Of a stretch of DNA of 64,000 nucleotides, positions 11,361-22,685 are shown one piece after another. Numbering within the stretch: the stretch's first letter is position 1; each line of letters begins with the position of its first letter. The DNA lies in assembly GCA_030704615.1 (NCBI GenBank), contig CM060731.1:10044001-10108000 (forward strand), in the 5' to 3' direction. The translations under genes and the position numbers were made by a program. The notes under the pieces are model-generated. The model did no database searches. It had not been told where the DNA came from and saw only the letters and a list, made by a program, of their open reading frames with translations. Origin of the DNA: Takakia lepidozioides. Taxonomy: Eukaryota > Plantae > Bryophyta.

Positions 11361-14300
11361 TTGGGCTCGGGTTGGTTCCTGTGCTTAAACTTATGGCCTG
11401 CGAAAACAATCAAAGATTTAGCTCCTATCAACATCAACACTCCTCAGGGTTATCCCTGGGAATTGGTTACTTATGCCAAATCTAGGGCTTCATGTGTAGT
11501 TTTTGGGGTGAATCCCAGGATGGACGATGTGTCCTTTAAAACTACATGCTCTAGCTTAGGCTTGGATTTCATGGCTAATGGTACCATCTCGAGACTTGAT
11601 AACAGGGGTACGTTGAAGGTTGCAATGACCAAAAGTGCTTCTAATAGAGTCCCGCATCAATTCAATCTCAAAGAAGTTCGTCCCTTGACTGGCTGGAGAG
11701 CGGTCTTAGACATTGGTGATTCAACGGGGCACTCTAGGAAGACAACCAAGGGCAACAACTTCAACTTGAGAGTTTCTAATCGGTTTGATGCTCTGGATGA
11801 GGTTGAATCCAAACAGCCAGCAGGACAAGATGCCCCTAAGTGTACGGAACCTGAACGTCCTGAATCTGAAGGATTTGGTACTCTGAATGGTTTACCAATC
11901 CTCAAGGTTTACACAAGACGAACAAATTCTATACACGGGGTAATTGTCCCCAAGCCGTCAGATGGACAATCTGTCCCTAAGTGTGCAGAGCCTGAACGTC
12001 GTGTAACTGAAGGGTTTGGTACTCTAAATGGTTTACCAATCCTCAAAGTCTACACAAGACGAGCAAAATCTATACACGGGGTAATTGTCCCCAAGCAGTC
12101 TGACGGACAATCTGCCCCTATGTGTGCGGAGCCTGTGCGTTGTGTAACTGAAAGATTTGGTACCCTGAATGGTTTACCAATTCTCAAAGTTTACACAAGA
12201 CGAGCAAAATCTACACATGGGGTAACTGTCCCCCCTTTGCAGAACGGTTGGCCGTCCAGGAGCAATCACAAGCTACCTAGACGACAAACTATTCACACGC
12301 AAAGGGCTGGCTTGCGGCTGGCCACTTTCAACTTCTCAGGGTTGACCAACCAAAGGAAACAACTTGAAGTGGGACAAGTTCTTCGGACTAATGATATTCA
12401 TATCTGTGCTGGGCAAGAAACATGGGAAACGTCGGATAAACTGGTTGGAGATGTCATTGGTTATAAATGGGCAGGTAAGATGTGTACTCTCAAGGCAGCC
12501 TCTGCCACACGCGGTCAAAAAGGGGTCGGATTCTTTGTCCGTGATTTCTTGTTTGACAATTGTGAAATTATCAACAAGGGTTTGAGGTACGAGCATAGTA
12601 TCTGGCTAAAACTGAATTTGAAGGGCGGCATGAGTACAAAGGACCTCTTTGTTGGTTGTGTTTACATGCCCACAGAGGGGACCCTTAGTGCTGACGCAGA
12701 CAAGGCCTTCGAAGATGTAAAGCTGGACTGTGCTTCGTTCCTTGCCAAAGGTCAGGTGGTACTATTGGGGGACTTCAATGCCCGGGTGGGCAAAGGGATC
12801 CATCAGGACGATATCATTGGACCTTTTGGTGAGGACGAGCTGAATTCTAATGGCAGACGGTTAATTAACTGTCTAGAAGAGCTTCAGCTTTTGACCTTGA
12901 ATAACAGGACAAGAGGTGACCAAGTGCAGTGGACTCGTGAGAAATCCCAAACTGGGGAACGTTCCATTGTGGACTATATCATAATGGACAAAATTTTGTT
13001 CCCCCAGTGTGCCAATGTGTTGATCGACAGAACTGATATTGGTACCTCTGACCACTTCCTGGTTTGGACTGAGATCAAAAGGTGTTTTCCCACCACCAAG
13101 AGATCTGTGAAACGTTCGATTCGGAAGTGGCGCATAGAAAAATTCCACAATGAGGAGGTCAAGGCTGAGTACGTCCAGGCCTTGCAAGAGGCTCTCCCTC
13201 ATTTTGTCCAATCGCTCCAAGAACTTCAGTCACGCTCTGTTAACGCAAGAAATGAAGTCGAAAGAGCAGTGGACTCTTGGGAGAGTTTCGTTTCCTCCGT
13301 GGCTGACAAGATCATTGGGAGGAAACTAATTGTCTGCGGTAGAGCAGTTAATTGGTGGACTAATGAGATTAAACTCAAGATAGCTGAGAGACGAGCCCTC
13401 TATAAAGAGTGCTGCAATTTGGAAACCAACAGAGAATTGTGGACGAGGTACTACCAGCTCCGTAAAGATATCAATCAGCTTGTTAGGTCTCAGAAGAAAT
13501 TATACTGGGACAAGTTATACAGTGAAACAAACTCAAACCACCATGGTGGTAATGACAAGAAATTCTGGTTGGCCCTTCAACGTTTGTACAAGCCGAAAAA
13601 CGGTCAGCAAGTACAAGCGCTGAAGACTACTAAAGGTGCAGTGGTGACTTCATCGGTTGACATTGTCAAAACCTTTGAAACTCACTACAGTATCCTTGGC
13701 AGAACTTCTAGGTCTAACAGTGAGGGGTCTTCTGCTGAATGGAGGGACAGTTGGAAAAACTGTTCCTATGATTCAAAACAGCCCTGATGAACTGGAGTAT
13801 ATTTCAATGGCTTATAATGCTCCCATTAGTTCTTCTGAGATTGTGGAAGCAATTGAACATTTAAATGGATATAAAGCTGGTGGACCTGATGGTATTGTCA
13901 ACGAGCTTATCAAGCACGGTGGCGATCCCATGATAGAGGCCCTAGTTCTCCTCTTTAACCTTATCTGGAAGACTGAAATGATCCCCTTTCGCTGGCGACA
14001 GGGGGTCATTGTCAATCTATACAAGAAGGGTGACAGAGAAGAACCGGGGAACTACCGTGGCATCACGCTCCTCAATGCTGTTGGCAAGACATTCTGCAGA
14101 GTTATAAGTACTCGTCTCGAGGTTGATCTGGAGTCTAGAGGTTGTTTCCACGAAGGCCAAGCTGGCTTTCGGCGAAACAGGGGCTGTGTGGATCATATCT
14201 TCACTCTAAGCCAGATTATCCAGGGAAGGAAAAAAGAAGGGAAACCCACTTATGTCTTTTTCCTGGATGTCAAAAAGGCTTATGACACAGTGTGGAGAGA

Positions 14301-15759
14301 TGGCCTATGGTTCCGCCTCTGGTCTTGTGGGATCAAGGGAAAGATGTGATCAACTCCTCGAGGATGTGGAAAGTGAGGGATTTGGGTTAAGGGTGGGTGA
14401 TACCACCATACCAGCCCTTATGTTTGCGGATGACTTCGCAGGCATAGGGGAGACTCCAACCAATCTCCAGGAGTTGATTGATTGCGCGAAGAGATACTTT
14501 GGGGGCTAGAGGCTAATGTCAGCAAATGTGCAGTGGTAGCATTCAACGACAGAGGAGAGGGAGGAAGTGATCTTCAGTGGCAGTAGGGTAGCCATGAGAT
14601 CCCGGTCCTCCCTTCCTACACTTACCTGGGCGTTGAGTTCTCCTCCAATTGTAATTGGGATGCACATATCCAGAAAGTTGTTCAAACTGGCAAGGGCAAA
14701 GCTCTGGGGCTCACTAAATTTTTCCACTGCAGAGGGGTCAACTCTGAGGTTAAGAAAACCATGCTTTGTCGCGTTATTAGACCTGCCTTGGAGTACGGAT
14801 CTGCTATATGGGTTGATAACTCCAACCAGGCTAAGTCTCTTTAATCCATTCAAGTGGGGGTGCTTAAGGAGTGTATGTCAGCATGCTCCAAAACAGCCAA
14901 TGTGGCTGTTCGGGGTGAGTTTGGCATTCCGTCCTTAAGCTCCCGACGAGATGAATTCAAGGTCAGATGGTGGGGTCAGCTGCAACATATGCCCAACACC
15001 AGATATCCTAAGTTAATCGACTCTATATCTTGGAAACAGGACCGCCCTGTCAAACAGGCTAAGTCCTGGCAGAAGAGAGTAGAAGAGATCCTCAAGGACC
15101 TGGACCTGGATCCGCAAGTCTTGACCCTGCTGGATAAATCTGACTTAGAGGCTGTAGTGTCCGAAGCCATGTCTGTTGCCATGAGATTGTCTGATGAAAA
15201 TGAAGTTAGGCAGAAAACTTCCCTGAACTTGTTTCCAGTCTGTGACATGGGGGAGGACATCTTGGATGACCTCAAGGGTCTACCCACTCTCGGCACTAGA
15301 CTGAAATTTAAACTCAGGGCAGGAAGCCTACCTTTGAACAGCAAACAGAAGCAGAGAGGAAAGGGAGAGTGCAATTGCCCGTTGTGTGGGCAATCTGAAG
15401 ACAGTATTCATTTTCTGATACACTGTCCGGGGTTCTCTCACCAAAGAGACGCTCTCTTCAAATCTATTAAGGGAATTGTGTCTGTACCCCTGTTTACCAA
15501 CTTTGAAAGTCTCGAGGCTGAGCCAAAAGCCCAGGCCCTCCTGAGGCCTAGTTTTTGGGCAAATCACACACAGCAGATTGATGCTTGTGTGAAGGGATTT
15601 CTAGAGGATATCTGGAAAACCCGGATTAATTCTTTATATGGAGGTAAGTCTTACTACCAACATCAGCCCCTGACAGAGGTAGGTTCTGTCCCTTTTGTTC
15701 CCCCTCAAACTGGGCGCGGGGTCAATGGCCACAAGGCTACGGCAAACAACGTCTTATGA
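11361..15759 (+). pseudogene. Disrupted LINE EN-RT ORF
   Basis: APE motifs (TFN, GQETW, LLGDFNA, IVDYI, SDH), RT motifs (KAGGPDG, NYRGITLL, QAGFR, FLDVKKAYD, FADD) and CPLC..EDSIHFLIHC. Lesions: frameshift ~13705, deletion of the central RT segment at ~14345, stops near 14509 and 14845. Confidence 0.9.
11823..12234 (+). repeat. 141-bp (47-aa) in-frame tandem repeat x3 in the LINE N-terminal region
   Basis: Units start at 11823, 11964 and 12105. Peptide GQS.PKCAEPER..TEGFGTLNGLPILKVYTRRAKSIHGVIVPK. Confidence 0.95.
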
Positions 15760-15941
15760 GTACAATCTGTTGACTTCAATGCTGCTGTTCCACGATCAGT
15801 CATTCAACACCATGAGCAGCTCATAGAAAACGGATATAAACGTTTTCTTCAAACTCTGCTTTGCTTACAATATCAAGACAAGTTCTCAAGTTTTCTGCAC
15901 CTGTGGTGAAGTCGCGTAGTTTCTTCATGCATGTTCAATTT

Positions 15942-18722
15942 TCACCAGATGAACTTGGTAGCTGTGTGACAGTCACCACATACCCGAAGGTTCTTGATGA
16001 CGAGGATAGGGGTCCTAGGGGGTGTACTGATGAGCCCAAAAGCAACAGCCAGCTTCTCACTGTGGTGGCAAAGAGAATATTCCTTTTGCTCCTCATCCAT
16101 ATCATGCAAAACAAAGCGTGTGTCAGGCACATACCCAGCCTCCTTCATCCAGCCAGACAATCTATGTAGCTCAGCATAGATTTCATCAATTTGTGGATGC
16201 CATTGGTCTTCAACAGCAAATGTATGCACTTGGTCATCCACCTCAATGCAGCTGCGCCCTGGCTCCTTTCTGACACCTCTATCTTCCATCATTTTTCTCA
16301 CCTTCCCTATATCGTCCCACCTGCCAGCTGCAGCATAGATGTTTGATAGCAGTACATAAGTTGCGGCATGCTGTGGATCCAACTCAAAGAGACATTTTGC
16401 CGCACGTTCTGCTAGCTCCACATTGCCATGAACTCTGCAGGCACCAAGCAGAGCTCCCCATACCAACGCACCTGGTTTGATTTGCATTTTCTTAATGAAA
16501 TCCTCTGCCTCATCCAATCGCCCTGCACGGCCAAGAATGTCTACCATGCAGCCAAAATGCTCCATGGTAGGAGTGAGACCATGATCTTGACTCATAGAAT
16601 CAAAGTAGTGACAGCCTTCATCCACTAGGCCCAGATGGCTACATGCAGAGAGAAGAGATATAAAGGTGATACCAGCCGGCTTCAAGCCTTCCTGTAGCAT
16701 TCGTTCAAAGTGTTGGAGGACCTCCCAGCCACATCCATGCTGACCATATCCTGCAAGCATCGCACTCCATGAAACCACATCTCGTTTAGACATATTGTCA
16801 AACACATGACGTGCATCCTTCATGCTTCCGCACTTCGCATACATGTTAACAAGTGTATTTTCCAAATTAATATATGATGTGATTCCAGCTTTGATGATGG
16901 AATCATGAACCTCTTTCCCCTTTTGAAGGGCTGCCAGGCTGGCACATGCATTTAGAACACAAATAAATGTGACCTTGTTAGGCATCACCCCTTCTCTTAT
17001 CATTTGCTCATAAACCGCAAAAGCCTTCCTACCACACCCATGCTGAGCATATCCTGCAATCATGACGTTCCATGTGACCACATTTCGTTGAACCATATTG
17101 TCGAATATTTGGCGTGCATGCTTTAGGCTACCGCATCTGGCATACATGTCAGCAAGAGCAGTCTCCAGAATGACGTCCGGTGCAATTTCAGCTTTTATTA
17201 TGTATGCATGGATCTCTTTGCCCTTTTCCAGGGCTCCTAAGCTGGCACATGCATTGAGAAGAGAAATGAACGTGACCTTGGTGGGCATCACCCCTTCCCA
17301 TATCATTTGCTCATACATCTCAAAAGCCTCCCTACCACACCCATGCTGAGCGAATCCTGTGATCATTGCACTCCATGTGACCACATCTCGTTGAGCAATC
17401 TTGTTGAACACTTGACATGCATCCTTCATGCTTCCGCATTTGGCATACATGTCAACAAGGGCAGTCTCCAGAATGATATCTGGAGCAATTCCAGCTTTGA
17501 CGATGTCAGAATGGACCTCTTGGCCCCTTTCCAGGTCTGCCAGGCTGGCACAAGCCTTGAGAACACAAATAAATGTGACCTTGTCAGGAGTCAACCCTTC
17601 CCGGGTCATTTGCTCATACATCTCGAAAGACTCCATACTGCACCCATGGTCAGCATAACCTGCGATCATCACACTCCATGAGACCACATTGCGCCTAGCC
17701 ATATTATCAAATACGTGATGTGCATCCTTCATGCTCCCACATTTGGCATACATGTCAGTAAGAGCAGTCTCAAGAACGACATCTGGCGCAATTCCAGCTT
17801 TGATGATGTCAGCATGGACCTCTTTGCCCTTTTCCAAATCTCCTAGGCTCGCAGATGCCTTGAGAACGGAAATAAATGTGACATTGTTGGGTGTCACCCC
17901 TTCCCGTATCATTTGCTCATACATCTCGAGAGCCGCCCTACCACACCCATGCTCAATGTATCCAGCAATCAGCGCACTCCATGAGACCACGTTTCGCTGA
18001 GCCATATTGTCAAACACTAGACGTGCATTCTTGATGCTCCCGCATTTGGCATACATGTCAGCAAGGGCAGTCTCAAGAATGATATCTGGTGCAATTCCAG
18101 CTTTGATGATGTCAGCATGTGCCTCTTGGCCCTTTTCCAGATCTCCTAGGCTGGCACACGCCTTGAGAACACAAATGAATGTGACCCTGTTGGGCATCAC
18201 CCCTTTCTGTATCATTTGTTCATAGATCCCTAAAGCCTCCCTCCCACACCCATGCTGAGCATATCCTGCAATAATAGAACTCCATGAGATTACATTGCTT
18301 TCCGCCATATTGATGAACACTTTCCATGCGTCCACCATGCTTCCACACTTGACATACATGTTGACAAGGATGTTGAGTAAAAACACGCTTGGTTTGAATC
18401 CACTTTGGATAATGTGGGCATGAACCTGCTGTCCAGTTTCTCGATCTTTCATTTTGATGCATTCCTGCAAGAGACAGACATAAGTATTGGAGTCCACTGA
18501 AATGCCTCTTTGATTCAAAATATGCAGCCCATCTTTCAGTTGTCCCGCCTTCAATATGATCCTCACATCCCCAAAAGTGGCAGCGTTCTGGTCGACTCCC
18601 TCTCTTGGTCCTCTTTCAAAAGCAGTGCTCATGTTGGATGTGCTATTCTTGCCATTGGTCTGATGTCCAACAAACAACTGTGCCTGATTTAACCTTGCCA
18701 TCCTGCATGACTCAAAACTCAA
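15942..18722 (-). CDS. PLS-class pentatricopeptide repeat protein with E domains and a C-terminally truncated DYW domain (organellar RNA-editing factor type)
   Basis: Intronless 926-aa ORF with near-identical P-L-S triplets (~303-bp period), WGALLGAC, YVLLSNIYA, PG box (PGRSCIEV), HSEKLA and CGDCH. Ends ATKFIW*. Confidence 0.95.
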   Translation of the reverse strand: MSFESCRMARLNQAQLFVGHQTNGKNSTSNMSTAFERGPREGVDQNAATFGDVRIILKAGQLKDGLHILNQRGISVDSNTYVCLLQECIKMKDRETGQQVHAHIIQSGFKPSVFLLNILVNMYVKCGSMVDAWKVFINMAESNVISWSSIIAGYAQHGCGREALGIYEQMIQKGVMPNRVTFICVLKACASLGDLEKGQEAHADIIKAGIAPDIILETALADMYAKCGSIKNARLVFDNMAQRNVVSWSALIAGYIEHGCGRAALEMYEQMIREGVTPNNVTFISVLKASASLGDLEKGKEVHADIIKAGIAPDVVLETALTDMYAKCGSMKDAHHVFDNMARRNVVSWSVMIAGYADHGCSMESFEMYEQMTREGLTPDKVTFICVLKACASLADLERGQEVHSDIVKAGIAPDIILETALVDMYAKCGSMKDACQVFNKIAQRDVVTWSAMITGFAQHGCGREAFEMYEQMIWEGVMPTKVTFISLLNACASLGALEKGKEIHAYIIKAEIAPDVILETALADMYARCGSLKHARQIFDNMVQRNVVTWNVMIAGYAQHGCGRKAFAVYEQMIREGVMPNKVTFICVLNACASLAALQKGKEVHDSIIKAGITSYINLENTLVNMYAKCGSMKDARHVFDNMSKRDVVSWSAMLAGYGQHGCGWEVLQHFERMLQEGLKPAGITFISLLSACSHLGLVDEGCHYFDSMSQDHGLTPTMEHFGCMVDILGRAGRLDEAEDFIKKMQIKPGALVWGALLGACRVHGNVELAERAAKCLFELDPQHAATYVLLSNIYAAAGRWDDIGKVRKMMEDRGVRKEPGRSCIEVDDQVHTFAVEDQWHPQIDEIYAELHRLSGWMKEAGYVPDTRFVLHDMDEEQKEYSLCHHSEKLAVAFGLISTPPRTPILVIKNLRVCGDCHTATKFIW

Positions 18723-20028
18723 GAGTTACAGACCTCAACTAGATCTTTCAGAGAATCTGGGACAGGTAACATATTAAAGGTCTACAATACTAGTGCAGGA
18801 GAAGAAAATGTCCCCATTCCATCCATTTCAATTGGAACCCGTGAATTATCATGAAAACAATACCCATTGCATTCTCGGCCTGGAGATCCATATTGGATAT
18901 CCACAGAGCCATCACAAGATTGTGCTTGACCCTGGGCCATGACAGAGATCTTTGCATCCACCCAAGGAGGATCCGACCAACCCTCAATCCAAAAGACCTG
19001 ATTTGTGCGCTTATTTAAGAATGGTGAACTTGGATTTTTCTGGGAAAACCAACACGCTGAGCAGCCAAACGTTCAACCTTGGTGTTGCGCAGACCAGGCT
19101 AGCAACCCTGAAAACTCCAAACACCTTACAAATAACATAGCAACCCGAGAAATACAATCAATCCATAAACATCATCAAGCACCATATTTAGTCACAACCC
19201 TCTTTGAAGGACGTAGCCTCTGTTGTCCCACCACTGTGAAGGATCTGAGAAGAACTCCCGCCAAAGCCAATCTTTGTTGATTGTTTGACCTGCATGCCAG
19301 AACAGCAAGAACATGATAACTTTGCCAACTTCCTTCACTTTGACGCTATACTCTATCCCTCTCTCTCTCTCATGCCTGAAAGGAAAGAAAAGAATAGAAA
19401 TCGGTCAGGTTAAAGGACATTCTGCATCGAAGACAAGGCTATGGATTGCCTCTGCAGCCCTTGCATAAAGTGACCGAGATGGGTGTAGTTTCTGCTGGCA
19501 TCGATCAAGGGCGATATCCTGGATCTTTACCACGGACACACTTCAGAATCCCCCAAAACCCCCTTGACGAGGTCCATGTTTATACCTTTCTTCGATTTTC
19601 CTGCAAGCTGGGTAGAAGTCACAGCCATTGCTTGTAGCAGGTGTCGAGTCCGGAATTTCCCATATCAGCTCCACGGCCTGGTCCGTCAACCTGCTGCTTC
19701 CCATAGGCTCGCCGCAAAAACCAGACACAACCTTGGGTATGCCCTCTCCTTGCGAGCTCATGATAGCACCAGAGCACGTTGTCATCCCCGTGCCTGTGAT
19801 TGAGTAAGGAACTATGTCCACTACACAAATGCAACCAGTAATTCAAAAGCTTTCCCAACTCCATAAGATTCACAATCAAACAACCAATTTTCACTCCTTT
19901 TAAAAAAACAAATCGTAACGCAGGGCAAGGAACACCTGCGGTGCTTCACTGGTTCATACGTTCATACCTTACCCTACACGTCTCTTTTCGGAAGCTCCGT
20001 CTTACGATCACAAGAACACATTAGAGGT

Positions 20029-21097
20029 ATGGAGGAGGAGATTTTGGAGCAGGCTCCCTTTCGAGTTACTTATGGTAGTGTTGGCTTGTTTGCCATATCC
20101 AAGTCTTGCCCGCTTTAAGTCGGTTTGCAAGTTATGGAACTCCCTCCCATCCACTGCTTGTTTCCAAAAACTCTGTCAGAACCTCCCTCTTCACCAAGAC
20201 TCCTATCTCTTGTTTGTAGGAGAGGTTTGTGCGTGGTATGCCCCCACTTCTCGACGGTGGCACAGGATCGGCCTCAAACTCCCCACGGATAATATAGTAT
20301 ACAGAGTTCGTGCTGCAGATGGAGGCTTATTTTGCATAACGGAGGAGCGCGGCGAGCGCATAAGATGGATATCATGGAGTGTGTGCAATCCTCTGTTGAA
20401 CAGATCCAGACAATTGCCTCTCCTGCCTCACGGTTCAACACTGTACTACGTGGAAAGAGTAAATATGATTGTGGATAGATGCAGCAACACCTACAAGGTC
20501 CTTGTGATGTCAACTAACGACGACGGGGTACGTTGGAGAACGCACATCTACGACTCAACATGCGAGTGTTGGACCGAGACTGGAAACATGTCCACAATAA
20601 CCGATTTTCCGCATTGTACAGGAAGTGTGATATGTGGCCCTACTCTCTTTGCTCTATTTTATAGACGAGAGGATGACGACATTTTGATGGCTTGTGACAT
20701 TGCCAGCCGTGTGTGGACGCAAGTTGCTGTACGGATACCTGACTTTGATGGAGATGGTTGGGGTCGACTTGTAGAGAGTGAGGGGGGCCTGTTGCTGGTT
20801 GGGCCGCCTCGCCATCAAATTCACCGCTCACCAACAGTCTGTGTGTGGGAGCTCAAAGTTTCTACAACGAGTGCAGAATGCCTGGAGATTGCAAGAACTG
20901 AGCTTGCAGCAACTCAGTTCCCCAACTTGTGCGCTTTGGAAGTGTTGACCCATGACAATCCCATATGCATGTGGACCACACTCAATGCAGTAGTGATGTT
21001 GTATGACATGAACCAACACACATGGACATCCACTGGATTTCCACTTGAAGTACAAAGTACTGGAGCAGTATTGGTTTGGTTAGCGGTCTTAGTTTAG
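20029..21097 (+). CDS. F-box protein with kelch/beta-propeller-like C-terminus (1-nt frameshift near the start)
   Basis: MEEEI(W)SRLPFELLMVVLACLPYPSLARFKSVCKLWNSL is a canonical F-box once one T is removed from ATTTTGG at 20041-20047. The downstream ADGGLFC, VCNPL and IYDS...W motifs are typical of plant F-box proteins. Confidence 0.8.
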
Positions 21098-22685
21098 GTG
21101 CAAAAGTCTAGACAAGCTTTTCTTTTGTTTTAGAACATGTTCCAATTCAGTCAGATTGCAAGAAACCGGGAGACTTGTATGGCTTCTTCTTTCCCATGAG
21201 CCATGTGCTTGGTGCACGCCTTTACTTTGAAAGAGATTAGTTTTTCAAAAGTTGTGGTGGGGCAAGATTAGAATATGCAGCCTGCATGTTGATGTGATGA
21301 AGTTGGTTGTCTCTATCTGCTCATAACTCTTGAAAGACTCCTAACCAGTACCCAACATTAGTATAGTGGCATCATTGCACTCTATGCAACTACATCTCGT
21401 TTAGTCATTTTGTCCAACACTTCTATCACACTTCCACAATGTTATTAGCTATTCACCAAGGAGCTTTAAACTTTAAACCTGCACGGAGATACTATGTGTA
21501 GTACCCTTGCCATCTCTACTGAAGGAAGGACAAAAGACATGTGGAACAACAACAAACATGCTTGAATGCATGATAAATTGAGTGCAGCCAGAACTATGAA
21601 GTTGGTTTTCCTCTTAGCCCCTGTGTTTGCTTGTACCTGAAAGGAAACTACATCAAGCCACTGTGCATTAGGTCAGTTTATTGAACACAACGAAAGGTTA
21701 GATGAGGTTGGTTTTCTATGAATTCTCTGGACGTTTATCTTTATCTTTGTGATAGCATGGAGCTTGGGTACACAAGTCTGAGAATGTATATTGACAGTTG
21801 ATGTAGGCTTGAACATAATTTTCAGCATTTTTAGGGGCTGTCATTGCAGTCTCTCTAGATCACACATGGCTGGAGAAGCCCCAAAACCCCATGAAAGTGC
21901 ATTTAAGGATTCTTGGGTTACTCACTAACTTCATTTCTTGCAAAGAATCTTACATCTCATGCGAAATCCCCCAGCTTCACATGACGTTCATTGTGTTTTC
22001 AATTTTCAGAATGCGTTTGCAGTCTATACCACAACTGGGTTTCGAAAGTTGGTGCCAACGATGACAGAAATGCTTTCAATGCTTTAGTTTTTTTGGAGCA
22101 GTTGAGAATCATGTCGGAAAGCTTCAATTGCATTCAATCCCCAGAGAAACCCGCACTTCCTTGCAACCCTGAAGTGGAAAGAGGGCTGTGAGCTAGACTT
22201 CTTTCTATGGGCTGGCAGATATCATTCTTTGATGCTTCTCACACTGCAAGTGAGAGAGTTTGTTGTGAATCTGTGGGCAGTTTTCAGAGCAAACTGCAAA
22301 TGAGGGAGAAGGATGAAACAGGGCATCTGTGCACAATCCTTATGGACCATAGGGACAGCATCCCACTGCCTTATCCGCTCCCTCACCCTATCCATGCGCT
22401 GACCGCCAGCTGCCGGTTTCTGTTAATTTTCGTGTTATGATGTTCTTCCTGTCGCTCTGCTGTGTGCCGCCCCTTGCGAGGCCCCCTCGCTCGCTCGCTC
22501 TCTCTCTCAAGACAGAGAGATGCCGGAGGTCGGTGGGCAGTGGTCAGTAAGACCCACAAAGACGGGGAATCGTCCCGTCCTTCCTTTGTTTCCTTACAAG
22601 TGATGTGAGTGTTTTTTATTTTTAGTTCAATCTGTAATCTCTGGACAAGTGATTTTTTATCTCTAAATTGGAGAGGGAAGACGCC

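Larger units (their letters stand above)
11036..15765 (+). mobile_element. Non-LTR retrotransposon (APE endonuclease + RT + C-terminal CCHC) with a 15-bp TSD
   Basis: TSD TCTGTTGACTTCAAT at 11021-11035 and 15766-15780. No poly(A) tail. Confidence 0.92.

Noticed and set aside
17098-18225. Repeated plus-strand ORFs (MLPHLAYMS...)
   Set aside because: They are antisense shadows of the PPR repeats.
19446-19894. Overlapping short ORFs between the PPR and F-box genes
   Set aside because: No recognisable domain in any frame.
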